Shown: in pieces, positions 13,930 through 25,786 of the stretch
Layout: each line of letters starts with the position of its first letter
Numbering within the stretch: position 1 is the stretch's first letter
Assembly: GCF_964194155.1 (NCBI RefSeq)
Contig: NC_135902.1
Coordinates: forward strand, 43,834,001-43,898,000
Direction: 5' to 3'
From: Cetorhinus maximus
Lineage: Eukaryota
DNA length: 64,000 nucleotides
Program-made: the position numbers and the translations under genes
Notes under the pieces: generated by a model
Seen by the model: the letters and a program-made list of their open reading frames with translations, nothing else
The model's database searches: none
Told to the model about the DNA's origin: nothing

Positions 13930-14112
13930 AATGTTGCCGAAAAGAGAGACATGTTGCTGAAGCTTTTCATCTTGCACTTCTCAGGACAAATGCAAGAATG
14001 TCAAATTTCAAAGGACCACAACAGTTTATACTACAGAAGAAAAGAAAGCGGATTGGTTGCTAAGTCCACTCTGATTGACCAAGGTGTTGCCATGGAGAAA
14101 GCAATGGGGAAT
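13930..14112 (-). mobile_element. Second-family PLE pLTR fragment
   Basis: Reverse complement resembles 1030-1185 and 45880-46030. Contains a degenerate hammerhead motif at 13951-13988. Confidence 0.65.
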
Positions 14113-14899
14113 TCTTTGAACTAAACATCATCAAAACCAATTATGTGGTCATTTATCCCATTGCTGTTTATGGGAGTTTGTTGGCTCATCTGTTTAGAAC
14201 AGTGGTTCCACTTCAAAATTACTTAATTTGCTGCGAATTGATTTGGATAGCCTGTGGATGTGAAAGAGACTATATAAATGCAATGGGTAGGACAGCAGTT
14301 TGAGCAATACCTGTTACAGATCAACCAAGTGTCGCAAATTAGAATTGATAAATGTTTTAATAAATGCACGATTTATTTTCTATATACTTAGATAGTTCTG
14401 AAAGCTGCGTCACTTCATGTGATCATAAATATCATGCCCAACAGTTCTCTCTCCCAATACTGATAATTCTGTCTATAATCCCTAGGACTCTGACTTGAGT
14501 TCACTCTACTTGGGGGAAGCCTCCCTTCTGGTGGTCCAAAGTAAGGTAAGGCACTACAATAGGCGCAGTCACATAGGGAGAACTGGGGTCTTGTAGGAAG
14601 TGCAAGCAAAAAGGAATATATCCCGTACCAAAATATTTATCTCTGTCAATGGGAAACATGTCCTCCGACTTCTAGTGGCTTCACATAATGAAAAGGACTT
14701 GAAACTAAGCTCTCAAAGACGAAACTGGCACTAACTCTCCCTTGAAGGGATTGCTGGAGTTGGTAAAGAAGAGGATCAGAGTGGTAGAGTCTGGGGATGG
14801 GCTAAATGCGATGCTGGGGCTGTGTAAATGGCGCTTGACTGCGCTTCCCATTCTTTCGAACACTTAAAAACAATAGAACCTCGTTACATTCCCATCACT

Positions 14900-16800
14900 G
14901 ACATCCTGAGCCCCTGATAGGCGCAAATATTAAGGGGTGGGGGGGGGGGGTGCCTGTTTGTGAATGCAGGTGACACATTGCAAAGCAAGCGTGGCTTTCC
15001 AATGGTCAAAGGTGAATCGTGATTAAAAGGCTTTTTGTTTCAAGAAGTCAATGTTCACAGGCTGTTCGGAGGCAGGGCGCTGCTATTGTGAATTGGCCAC
15101 CCACCAATAGAGTTCCCAGCGCCAGCGGCTGGGGCTTGTGTCATTTAATCGATGCAAAAGGCGGCGACAGATGTGTCCACTCTTTGTGGGCTATAGGCGG
15201 TAAACGGTCAATTCACACAGACATGGATGATTTCCATATGATTGGAAAACGTGAGAGTGTCAAAGTCTAATTTTAGCATCTTGTTGTTAAATGTGACTGC
15301 AGCTTCTCCAGAATACCCATGCTCGGTGTTGAAAGCGACGAATAATCTCTAACAATATTGCATTTAGTGAAGGTACAATTTTTGGTCTGGTTTGCAACTC
15401 GATATGCAAATATATTCTTAATAGCTTTACGTATTACAAATAAAGTGCCGCGGCGGCGCTATTGAAAGGCAAGTGCTGGTCGCCTTTTGGCTCAAGTTAC
15501 TTTTTTTTTTGCAATTCTAGTTTTGTATTTGCGAATCATGCATTTGGACTTTTGTTTTGGCTAACATTGAGCTGCACGTTTCTGGTAAGTTAATGCATTT
15601 AATTAGCGGTTAAAAGAAACGCTCTCTGCAAATGACGGTTGCGTGCAGCTCAGTTCATCGATGCAACGCATTTAAACGCTTACACCCCCCCCCCCCCCTC
15701 AAAAAAAAACTTGAGCAGTGCTTTACGTAACATATTAGCACCTCGATCTGTTTGCAAAAAAGCACCCTGAGCTCAGTAATCGGAATGCAAATACGTCAGT
15801 GACCAGCTGAACAGCAAAACCCAGCCTCAGGATCCTCTGTCTGCAAAATGCAAATTCAGTATGTTCAGCTAAAACAGGAAATGCAATCAGCTCTGCAAGC
15901 CCTGAAACTTAGCACTGACATTGCAAAGCTCAAGGTGCACCATTGCATTTTGCATTAAGCACAGGTCTTTTTGCATTCTACTCAAATATCGCCCCTTGTA
16001 TCTGTGCAAACCTTACCTCCTCTTGACAGCGACATTTTTTTTTCCTTTTTTTTCCCCCCTGCTGGGAGGGGGTGGGGTGGGTTTGGGGGAGGGGGGTTGG
16101 GGAGGGGATCACAAAAGACTTTGCCTTTTCAGCTTTGCAACAAAGATGCAAAAAGATTGGTGCCTCCCAATTTTCATCCACCTGGGAATCCTGAGCGATT
16201 TTTTTTTGGTTTTTGTTTTCTGCAGCTGCGAGCTAATGCAGAGGGAATGGCCGGTTGCACAACTCGGAAGCAAGCTGCAAACAGCGAAGATTTGCAAATG
16301 CAAAAAAAAAAGCTGTTCGGTAATTACGGAGCTGCTGCTGCTGCTGCTACATGATCGGCCGGAGCTGAGTTCACCAGCTCCAAACTTCTCAGCGTGTCAT
16401 CACGTTCTTCCTGCTGCTGGCGGGGAAAGCATTGTGGGAGCTGTAGTCTTCATCCAGCAGCAACTTTATTTCAAACTTAAGTGGGTGAAGGCGGCGGCGG
16501 CGGGGCAGAGCCATTGCAGGGAGGCGTCCTTTGCAGGCACTGCACGCCGCTGCGCTGAAAGCACCGGCTGCTTAGCATTTCACACACAATAGATGCCCTG
16601 GTTGTGTTCAGCGCAACCCAGACGAGGGTCCAGACCCAGCAGCACAAAAGCAGTGCGCGAATTAACAGCTCCGCACCGATTTCAACCCCAAACGTTAATT
16701 TCAGTCCCACGCATTTTGTTAACTTGCACATCAGGGGTTTTTTGATCCTTCTGCTGGGGCCGTTCCGTGCAGCTCAGGACACTGTGACCAGGCTCCACAG
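14900..16800. promoter_or_regulatory. CpG-enriched promoter or first-exon-like region of an unidentified gene
   Basis: Locally raised CpG, no recognisable TEs, CCAAT boxes, three ATGCAAAT octamers, (CTG)n and (GCG)n runs, and a minus-strand donor GAG|GTAAGG at 16017/16016. Confidence 0.5.
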
Positions 16801-18971
16801 TAGTTTTTTTTGTTTTTATATCACTGTGACCAGGCCTGTACATGTTCCTCTGGAACAGAATATTGGCTGATTAAGTTAAGTTCGGTGCCACTTGTGTTTC
16901 TTGCACTGTTCAGGATGCATTGCATATTTACAAGGAGGGATTCATTTTTTTTTAAAATAAAAATTAGTGAACCACCTGCAAGTCTTCATATCTAAACATC
17001 GAGCTTGACCAACAGTGCTTCCTACAAAGAAGCTGGAAAATGTATTCTACTTAACATACAAGAGATGTAAAACATAGTGAGGGCAAAGTAGGCATCAGTC
17101 ATTTTCTGTGAATTTAATGTGCTGGTCTGCTGGGGATAATTCCAACTCCTGACATTAGTGAGTTGCTGTAATCAGCGATGCAGGGTCTAAGGGTTAAAAA
17201 AATGTAATTATTTTCAGTCTGCTGTGTAGCACAGGAGGAAACTTGAGATTTTATTGGCTACAGATAATATGTGGCCTGCTTTAGAAGAGGGAGTGGGCAG
17301 CAGGATAGCTATTTGTACCCTAATAAAGATTGCAAAGACACTGTTATTCCAAAGGAGCAGCAAAGAAGAAAATGCTGTTTTTGCAATAGAATAGCAAAGC
17401 CTAAGTTGTTGCCATGACAATGATTTAGTTAAAATCAAAGCCAACATTGGAGCTTTAAAGACTAGACGCTCCGTAGTTATTTTTTTAATGCCTCAATACT
17501 GAGTTTATGGAAAAGAGTGTAACCAGTCAAACCTAAAGGACCGTCCTTACCAAATATACACACACCATCCTATATATATTAAATAAGTACAATATATATA
17601 CATTTGTTAGGAGCATAAGGTGCTAGTGTACCAATACAACAGCTGATAAATAATCACAACTAACCCCATTTACTGACTTTCTTACCAGCCTACCTAAGGA
17701 CCATAAAATGGAATTTGAACCGGAAATCCTGTCATTATATATCATTTTATTACCCCATTAAGAATGGAATTAAACTGGTCCACTTAGTGGTACAAATGTA
17801 TTTTAATTATATCATTAAAAATGACATTAATTTTTTTTGGTGGCACCATTTGAGTTTCCACTCAGTCAGATGGGTAATCAGTCTGACGCACAAAGTCCTC
17901 AACAAGTCTGTTTATACGTTTCTGACATAAGGGAGTTCGTTCAGAATCTCACTCAGTATTTGGGAACCAATCTAGAATTTGAGTTGTCAGAAATAAGAGA
18001 AAACCTATTGATAGTAGACACTGTTCAAAATGAATATTTGATTGCAGTAATAATTAAATACGTTTAATGTCCAATGATAGACAATACTACATCAATAATT
18101 ACATGTTATTTGGGCAATTGTTATCTAATTTGGATAAGTGTACAGGACATATTCCAGTTATACATACAGCTATCTTAGCAGCGCACATTGTACCTGACTA
18201 GAGGTGTAATTCTTGCAGCGTCCTGGAAAATCTTTTTTTCCCAATTATATTTAATACCGAAAACCTCTCTAATGCTTAGCTGGCACTGATTTATTACCAT
18301 CTTTTCAGCCACACAGGAAATTAAGGTTAAAAGTGAATGCTTCCACATAGAATGCAGCTATTTACTCCTTTAAGGAGTCTGTTCGTGCTCTCTCACGACA
18401 CTGGCATCACATTGCTGCAGACAGGAACAGTTTTAAATTGAGAATTAAAAAAAAACAAACCTCAGCAAAAAATCTTGTTTTAAGAGTTTCACTTTGGACA
18501 CATTTACGTAAGTACAGCAGGTGAATACTTTAAATTAAATCCAAACATATCCTTTCTTTTAAAAAAAAAACACATTTTTAGACCCGGTGTGTAGAGCAAT
18601 GAAAAGTATTGGATTGTGGTCCCAGTTGAAATGTCAGTATGATGTAAAAACATACATAATGGAAGTGCTGTAATTGTGGATTTGGTTCAGGCAGCTTTTC
18701 CTGTATCTGTGAAATTTAATTCCACATTAACAATTTGTGACAGTAATTCTGAAAAAGGATGAAGGCTGTGCTTGTGAGAACATCCTGGGGAAATCGCATT
18801 ACTGAATCTGCCAAATAGTCATTTGGAAATAAAAGGCCCACTACTAAATTTGCAAAATTCAGGCATCTTCAAAATTTTTCGAAAGGATTTTTGAAGGCCG
18901 TTTTGAATACTTTGTAGGATGGGTAGCTGACAGTGGGGTGATCAGACTATGGTCACTGAGTCACTTCACTT

Positions 18972-19205
18972 CATTTTTTCACCCAGATGGTGGTAGGGAC
19001 ATGGAGTTCACTACCTGAAAGGGTGGTAGAGGCAGAAACTCTCGAGATGTTTAAAAGATACCTAGATGTCTACTTGAAGAGCCCTGACCTGCAGGGCTGA
19101 GGACCTCGCTCAGGCAGGTGCGATTAGACTGGGCAGCTCTTTGTCAACTGGCACAGACATGATGGTTCAAATGGTTTCCTCCTGTGTTGTAAATTTTCAA
19201 TGATT
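18972..19205 (+). mobile_element. CR1-like LINE extreme 3' end
   Basis: Encodes FFTQMVVGTWSSLPERVVEAETL..FKRYLD, followed by a CR1-type 3' UTR. Confidence 0.8.
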
Positions 19206-20424
19206 TACATGAGTCCTTGCTATCTGTGCACTCTACATCTGTGCTTCACCATAAGCAGAGGCAAGGGATAGAAGGTCAAAAATAAAAGCAACCCCTGACT
19301 TAATCTGCATTCCACCTGTGGAATATGCATCTCAATGGCAACTTAGTATGATTTTGGACACCAAAGGAAGCAGGAAATGGGGCAGGAAAAGTGGATTTGA
19401 GGTGCTCTTATTGAATGGTGGAGCAGGCTTAAAGGGATGTATGACCTACTCTTATATTAACTCATGCGGTTGATGTAAATGAAGGCAGTCATCTGGCTAC
19501 ACAGTTCCATCAATGTATGAAAGAAAGAAAAACAAGTGCAGACACGATTATTAGTTTACCACAATACAGATATAGTTGGAATTGTTCCCAGAAATACCTA
19601 TAAAGTTTATTTTTTCATTGAGTAACTTAATATTTCTGATCTTGATACTGTCGCAGCTGGGTGTATGAATGTTTAGTAGTTTAGGGCCTTCCTCACAGAA
19701 AAGGAGGGGAAATGGAAAGATCAGGTCACTAAGGAAACTTGCACACCTCCTAGTGGCAAGATCAAGAGCAGCACTTGGAAGAGCTGGCAGCTGGTGCCTT
19801 TTGGCCACTCTCTCCTGCAGGGAATAGTTCTATGATGCAGAAAGGCCATGGGAATCAAAATGTGAACAGTAGCAAGAACATTCTACAAAGATCAAATGTT
19901 GGCAACTTCAGGTTTTTACTGAACAAGCCTGTTTATGTTGAAAGTAAAGGAGAACAGCATTTTTCCTACCCAAGACAAACCATACAAAAGAGAAACAAAA
20001 AAGGTAAAAAACCACTGCATGTAAAGTAGATGCATGTAGGAAAGAAAAAAATGGTACAAAAGAAACAGGAAAGTATAAATATGAGACAATTTTCTGTAAA
20101 GGATCTTGGGAACAATGGAGGAAAATGCAAAGAATAGGTGAGAATAAATTAGCAAAGAACTGGTGTACATGTGCAGATCTTGTAAAAACAGATTGGCAGT
20201 CTAAGCTATAAACCAGATGTAATTTAAGGTGATGCCATGAGCTAAAACTCTTTCACTGTTATAACAAGCACGTATCCAGGCAGTAATCTGGGGAAAAAAA
20301 CACCATGCACTATGTGCAGAGAAGCCCAAGAGGGAGGTATTTTACATTTTCATAGAGGAACATGAATTTTACAAAGGCAAATGTTAAGCAATATAGTTTT
20401 GAGTACAGTTTGGCTCACCACCAC

Positions 20425-20507
20425 CACCACCTCAACAGCAATTAAGGATGGGCAACAAATGCTGGCTTAGCCAGCAGTGCCCACATCTCGTGAAAAAAAT
20501 AAATAAA
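20425..20507 (+). mobile_element. LINE/SINE 3' terminal fragment with A-rich tail
   Basis: GCAATTAAGGATGGGCAACAAATGCTGGCTTAGCCAGCAGTGCCCACATC followed by AAAAAAATAAATAAA. Confidence 0.6.
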
Positions 20508-20774
20508 TTGAGATGACACCTGATGCAACTGTTAGAGAAATTTCTGTCACTTTCTGCATAAAGACAACATACAGATGGTAATTGTAAAAAAGAATGCATT
20601 TTAAAAAATTTCTGCTGTTCTCTTCTGAATATCAGCTTGTATTTCTTTCCTGCTCCTTACAAGAAAGATGCTTCACATTATTTGAACATGAGTTGGACCA
20701 GAAACTAACCACAGAGGTAGGGGGAGGGAGAAACAGAAAGGGAACCAAAGGAATGATGAGGGGTTTTGAGGTTT

Positions 20775-21450
20775 TCAGGCACAGAGTAAAGAGGTAAGGC
20801 TAAGGAAAAAAAATGAAATAGGCTGAATAAGGGCCACCAATGGTAGTGGGGATAAGGAGAAGCCTCGTGTTAGGAGCGTATAAGGCAGGAGAGAAATCAC
20901 TGAATTAGCGTGACATGGAGTTGGTGAGATTAAACGAGGAAAACAATGCACAGGTGCAGAGATTAGACAGAAAGGGCATTGGAAAGTGTGGGTGTGGACA
21001 TGGGCTGTCAAAGCTTCAATGAGTTGAGGGAATGCTGATGCAGGGAGAAATGCAAGGAGTGTATTAAAGAAATCAAGCCTCCAAGTGATGTAAGCAGGGA
21101 CTGAGGCTGGAGGCTGGATGCAGTCAATTCTCCAAAGATGAAAAAGTGATCTTAGTAATAGAGATGTGGGATAAGAAAATGAACTTAAAGTCAAGCAGTA
21201 TGCCAAGATTCTGCATCTCTTCGACTGTCTTGGGTTGCCAACTAGGAAGTCAAGGTCAGCGACAAATAGATTTTAGTGGGAATCAAAAAGGATGACTTCA
21301 GTTTTGCCAAGACTAAGCTGGAGTCATTTTGGCTCACTCAAGATCTGAACATCAGTTAAGCAGTTGCAGATTATAGCAACAGCCTTTGGATTAATGGAAG
21401 AGGCAGAGAGATAAAGTTAGATGTCATCAACTTATATGTGGAAGCATAAC
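20775..21450 (-). mobile_element. Old L2-like fragment
   Basis: ITWRLDFFNTLLAFLP remnant, and reverse-strand YKLMT at a position resembling YADD. Heavily decayed. Confidence 0.55.
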
Positions 21451-24400
21451 TGCAAGACAACAATACACTTCACTAATTTGGAAAAGTTGAGATAGGGCAG
21501 TTATTATGATTCCTGTAGAAACTGATAACATTTACTTCCAATGGGTTCACATTTACCCATTTCATTAAGTAGTAACTTCAAGTGACCGTCTCCAGGCACT
21601 TCCCTCAATTTTCAGTTTCCTGAACCCACTACCAGCAGTAAGGTTCACTCTGGTGATTCCCCCTGGCCACTCCATCTCCTAAATTCCTTAGATGGCTGCA
21701 TAATGCATCTCTTCAAATAGAAACTGTCTCCTTTCCGCATCCATCTTGGATAGCTGACACAGCAGCCTCATCTCTCGGCTGATCACACCAACTGCAGTTC
21801 TTTTCTTTTTTTCTTCTTCAACCCAAAAACTTGGAGCCAGCAAGTCTTTCTACTGTTAGCGCAGCTATCCTTGACTTTTGTTCCCAAGCATGAGAACTTC
21901 ACACCTTGCTCAGCAGGTCCCTTGACTTAGCTAGGCTTGTTGTCAAGCAGGATTTGGAATAGTCACATGACCCTCTTCATTTTAACCTTCATTTTAGGAC
22001 ACAGTCCGAAACATAATCTTATAAACCTCATAATTGTTACTCGGCAATCATAGGTAGTGAAAAATCTATGGAGAGATTTCTCAGAGATATAATAAGTGGG
22101 CCTGAAGGAGGGTAATTGCTAATGGAAAAGTAGACAAGCATGGGACTAAGGATATGAAGCTGGAAGGTGAAAAGCCTGTATTAGAAGAGATCAAGGGAGC
22201 AAGTAGTAAAGACCATTAGAGATACTGAAGAGAACAGATATGGAGATAGAGTGGGAAGATGGAGTTGAGGTAGAAGATCAGCTGTGATTTTGTTGAATGG
22301 GGGAACAGCCTCAAGGAGCCAACTGGCCTACTGTTCCTATTTCTTATGTTTTTTATTAGGGTAGGCGGGGCCTCGGTTGGATGATAGACAGCAGGAAGAC
22401 TTGGTGCACTAGAGAGGGGAAATCAATCGAGGAAAAAGCTTACTGATAAGCAATATGGAGAGGTGAAAAAGGATCACAATGGTTAACAACGTCATAGGGA
22501 TAACTAAGGCAGTTGATGCTGTGGACAAGACAGAAACCAGACTAGAGATTTTCAGAATAAATTTTGGGAGTTGAACGCTAGGTCAGGAAGGTTAGATGTG
22601 GGATGATAGAAAATACACAAAGGTAGGGTAAGATTTTTGATGGAGGGTATGATACTGGTTTTAGCTGTAGATACCCATGCATGACAAAAGGAAGCCATTT
22701 AGACAAGTAAAAATAGTTGAGTGTCCAGGATTTTGGGGGCGGTGGGGGGGGCAGTTGCTGAAAGATTGAAAAACTGAGTTTGAGGAATTGCCCTGGTTTC
22801 ATGTTTTTTATGCTTGCTTGACTGCTCATATTATGTAGTTACACATATGTGCAAACCACTGAAAGAATTTGAACTCGGAGTAACTTGCTGATTTGCAGGA
22901 CTAAAGCGTCAGTTTAAAGGTTTATGCTAATTTCTCCACGCCTAAATTGACCTACTACTCGGGGATCATCCTTAAGGCTAAGCAAACCATGGACTCTTGA
23001 AAGACCAACAACCTCCTTTGACTTCCTACCACCTCCACCACCACCATATATCCTGAGCTTCAATACCAAATGCAAGGAGCCTATGACCCTTTCTGTCCCA
23101 AAAATCAAGCTGCTATTTCTTCCTCCTCTCTCACCCCCATTTGAGACTTCACCTTATCATTTCCGTGATTTGACTCAAATGCTTTCTCATATTTTGCCAA
23201 TCCCGTCAAGGTGAAATGAAGGATTGTGGGACTCAAATTTGGATCCCTAAAGATACATGGGATATGTATGATCGCCTTAAATTCCTGATTATTTACAGTT
23301 GCCCAAAACATCTCCAGCAGTATCTTATTGCAGTTACCTCCAACATACCACCCTTGCCAGTCCTACATGCTATCTCTTCCCCCTCATTTTACATGCTGCT
23401 CCTCAGAGACATCATCAGTAACTACAAGGTCAGTTTTTAATTTACTGATGACAGCAGTACTACCTTTCTTTCATCACCTGTGTTGGCATACAGTCGGAGA
23501 TCAATTTATCGATGAACAAGAATTTTCTCAAGTTGAACAACGGGAAATCTGGTCAGAACAAGTTTCAAAGGGAACCACAAAGCAGTGACAGCCATTATTT
23601 GCAAAAACAATGGGAAAAGGGAATTTTTTTATTCCACTGACAAACTGTTCTCCTTTAGGCTCCTTGTACTTCCAAGATGTTTTGTTCTTAGTAAGAATGA
23701 GATTTTATTTCATCAGGGTCTCATTAAAAACTCAGTAATAAATAGAGTTTATGTAAGTAGCTGAGTGTGCATTTTAAGTACCTTTTTGAATTTAAAATGT
23801 ACTAAGAATTTCAGGCTGGTCTCAGATGTGAGTTGAGGCGTACATTGTGGCCACACTCCCTCTGCTGGCTCAAAACTGGGTACAAATATTTTCTGCTTGT
23901 GTTTCAAAGCATCCAACATACCCATACTTGACATTGTGAAAAAGGATTATAGATTTTGTCATTTAATAATAATATAGAAGCCCTGTTTGATTATAATTTT
24001 AGGAATAAAACAATTTGGAACTACCCCTTTCATTTATTTTAAGTCAGTAACCAAGGTTTTCAGCTTCTGGTGACAGCTTGCATACTATGAAGTTTGAATT
24101 AGTTCTAGTCAATAACATGGTTGTTCACCAGACAGCGCAGATACAAACTGGTATCAGTCTTGGTTAAATCTGAAATTTCCACTGGCTTTTGCTTATCAAT
24201 TCAAAGTTTGGATTTAATGTTACGCAGCAAGTTCACTCGTACCCAACATATTCCTCATCAGAAAATCAATTCAGATACAAAAGAAATAAAGTTTCAGATC
24301 ATTAAGTTTCTGGCTAAGAGTACATATATTTGCCCAATAACAAAGGAGGAACACATACCAATAAATAATTTAGCCCTAATTATATCTTGAGCTATATTTA

Positions 24401-25576
24401 ATACTAACCAACCAAGAAACTACAGAATTTCATACGATTTAAAACTAAACATTAGTGGAATACATCAAGATTAGTGCATAGATTGAATACTGCCATATTT
24501 TGAGACACAATGTCAAACCATAAGGCTACAATCAGAAAAAGGCTTTAGTTCCATTGAATTTAAATGACTTTAAGCAAGATTAAATTTCAATTTCACAGTA
24601 GGCCCTCAAGAGCAACGTAACTTGAACATTTATCCATCTGTTACAAAGAGACTGTAACTTCAAGTGCTAAACCATTTACAACCTTCTGATATGAAATTCC
24701 AGTAAAACGCAATGGTTAAGGAAAATTGCTAGCTGCTATATTTGAAAGCGCAGCTTCATCTGGGAGGTTATGAGACAAGAAAGTGTGCTTTTCCTCTTGT
24801 CTCACTAACAATGTTGCTTTGGGCATGCTATTGTATAAAAATGATCATATGGCAATAATCCAACTCTCCATTTCCACGGGCACTAATAGATAATGCTTCA
24901 AGGCAGCTTAGGGAACCAGGCAGAAAACTATTTAGTGTTGATTTTACTGGTGAGAGAATTCCATTTTTTGTGATTTGTAAAAAAAGGCAGTCTGTTTTGT
25001 GTTTGGACTGAAATCTTGAAACATTTTTTATGTTCCAGTTTATGGTTTTGCTACAAAGAAGAAACAGGAAATCTTCCCCTGAGCTTTCTTTTATTTCCAT
25101 CTGTGCCCTATTAATGGAAGATGTAAACACTGAGAGATATTGTATGAGACTTCATCATCAAAATGGGACTACACATCCCATAGTGCTAATGGAAGTTTGC
25201 TATTTGATGGATGTGTACTGACAAAAACTGCACGTTGAAAGAGAATGGCTGCATGTGTGAACAGCTGAAGAATTCATTCATTGAATGCTGCTCCTGCACC
25301 CGAGAGACATGCTCATGTTACCAATCTGGTTAACTAATTCAGTGTCATTAGGAATGGATCTATATTTCAATTCAATAAAGGTCCAAGTTGGCGTACTGTG
25401 GGACAGATGATACTGATATGTATTTTTCTAGAAAATATGTATCCTAATAATGGCAACAGATGACCATAGTTACATGAAAGTGGTTGCCCATGACTACAAA
25501 TGCATCATTAGTACTTCTTTAAGTTACAACAGCAATAACATTTACGTTAGATGGTAGTCGATATTTTTGAACAGTA

Positions 25577-25582
25577 TTTATT
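25577..25582 (-). terminator. Candidate COG1 polyadenylation signal AATAAA
   Basis: TTTATT on the plus strand about 58 nt past the stop codon. A further one lies at 25090-25095. Which is used cannot be determined. Confidence 0.4.
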
Positions 25583-25639
25583 AATTTGCATTGACATCAC
25601 ACTTTGCATCCACCATTTTTGTTTTGAATGCTGGCATTA

Positions 25640-25786
25640 TCACTTTGTCATACTCGAAAGCCACCCTAGTTTAAAGAGGGAGGATGATGATGATGATGAA
25701 GAATCATCTTCTTGAAAAGCTGCCAGCTGCCGGAATAAGGAGCCAGGTCCCTGACTTGTATCTTCTGTGATTGACGTGGGAAGCAT
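25640..25786 (-). CDS. COG1: COG1 last coding exon 14
   Basis: Acceptor gtacag|ATG. Encodes ...GPGSLFRQLA...SLFKLGWLSSMTK, then TGA at 25640-25642. 147 nt. Confidence 0.95.
   Translation of the reverse strand: MLPTSITEDTSQGPGSLFRQLAAFQEDDSSSSSSSSLFKLGWLSSMTK

Noticed and set aside
1-14900. Host protein-coding exons in the left part of the window
   Set aside because: The ORFs here are TE-derived or lack recognisable homology and paired splice sites. Small exons cannot be excluded by eye.
15921-16592. 223-aa plus-strand ORF and overlapping ORFs
   Set aside because: Starts at a non-ATG codon, is built from homopolymer and triplet runs, and has no recognisable domain. It is better explained as GC-rich promoter or UTR sequence.
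16017-16700. Assigning the symbol SSTR2 or BAIAP2 to the orphan exon
   Set aside because: There is no GPCR coding sequence in the window. The MSLSR start resembles BAIAP2 for only five residues and then diverges.
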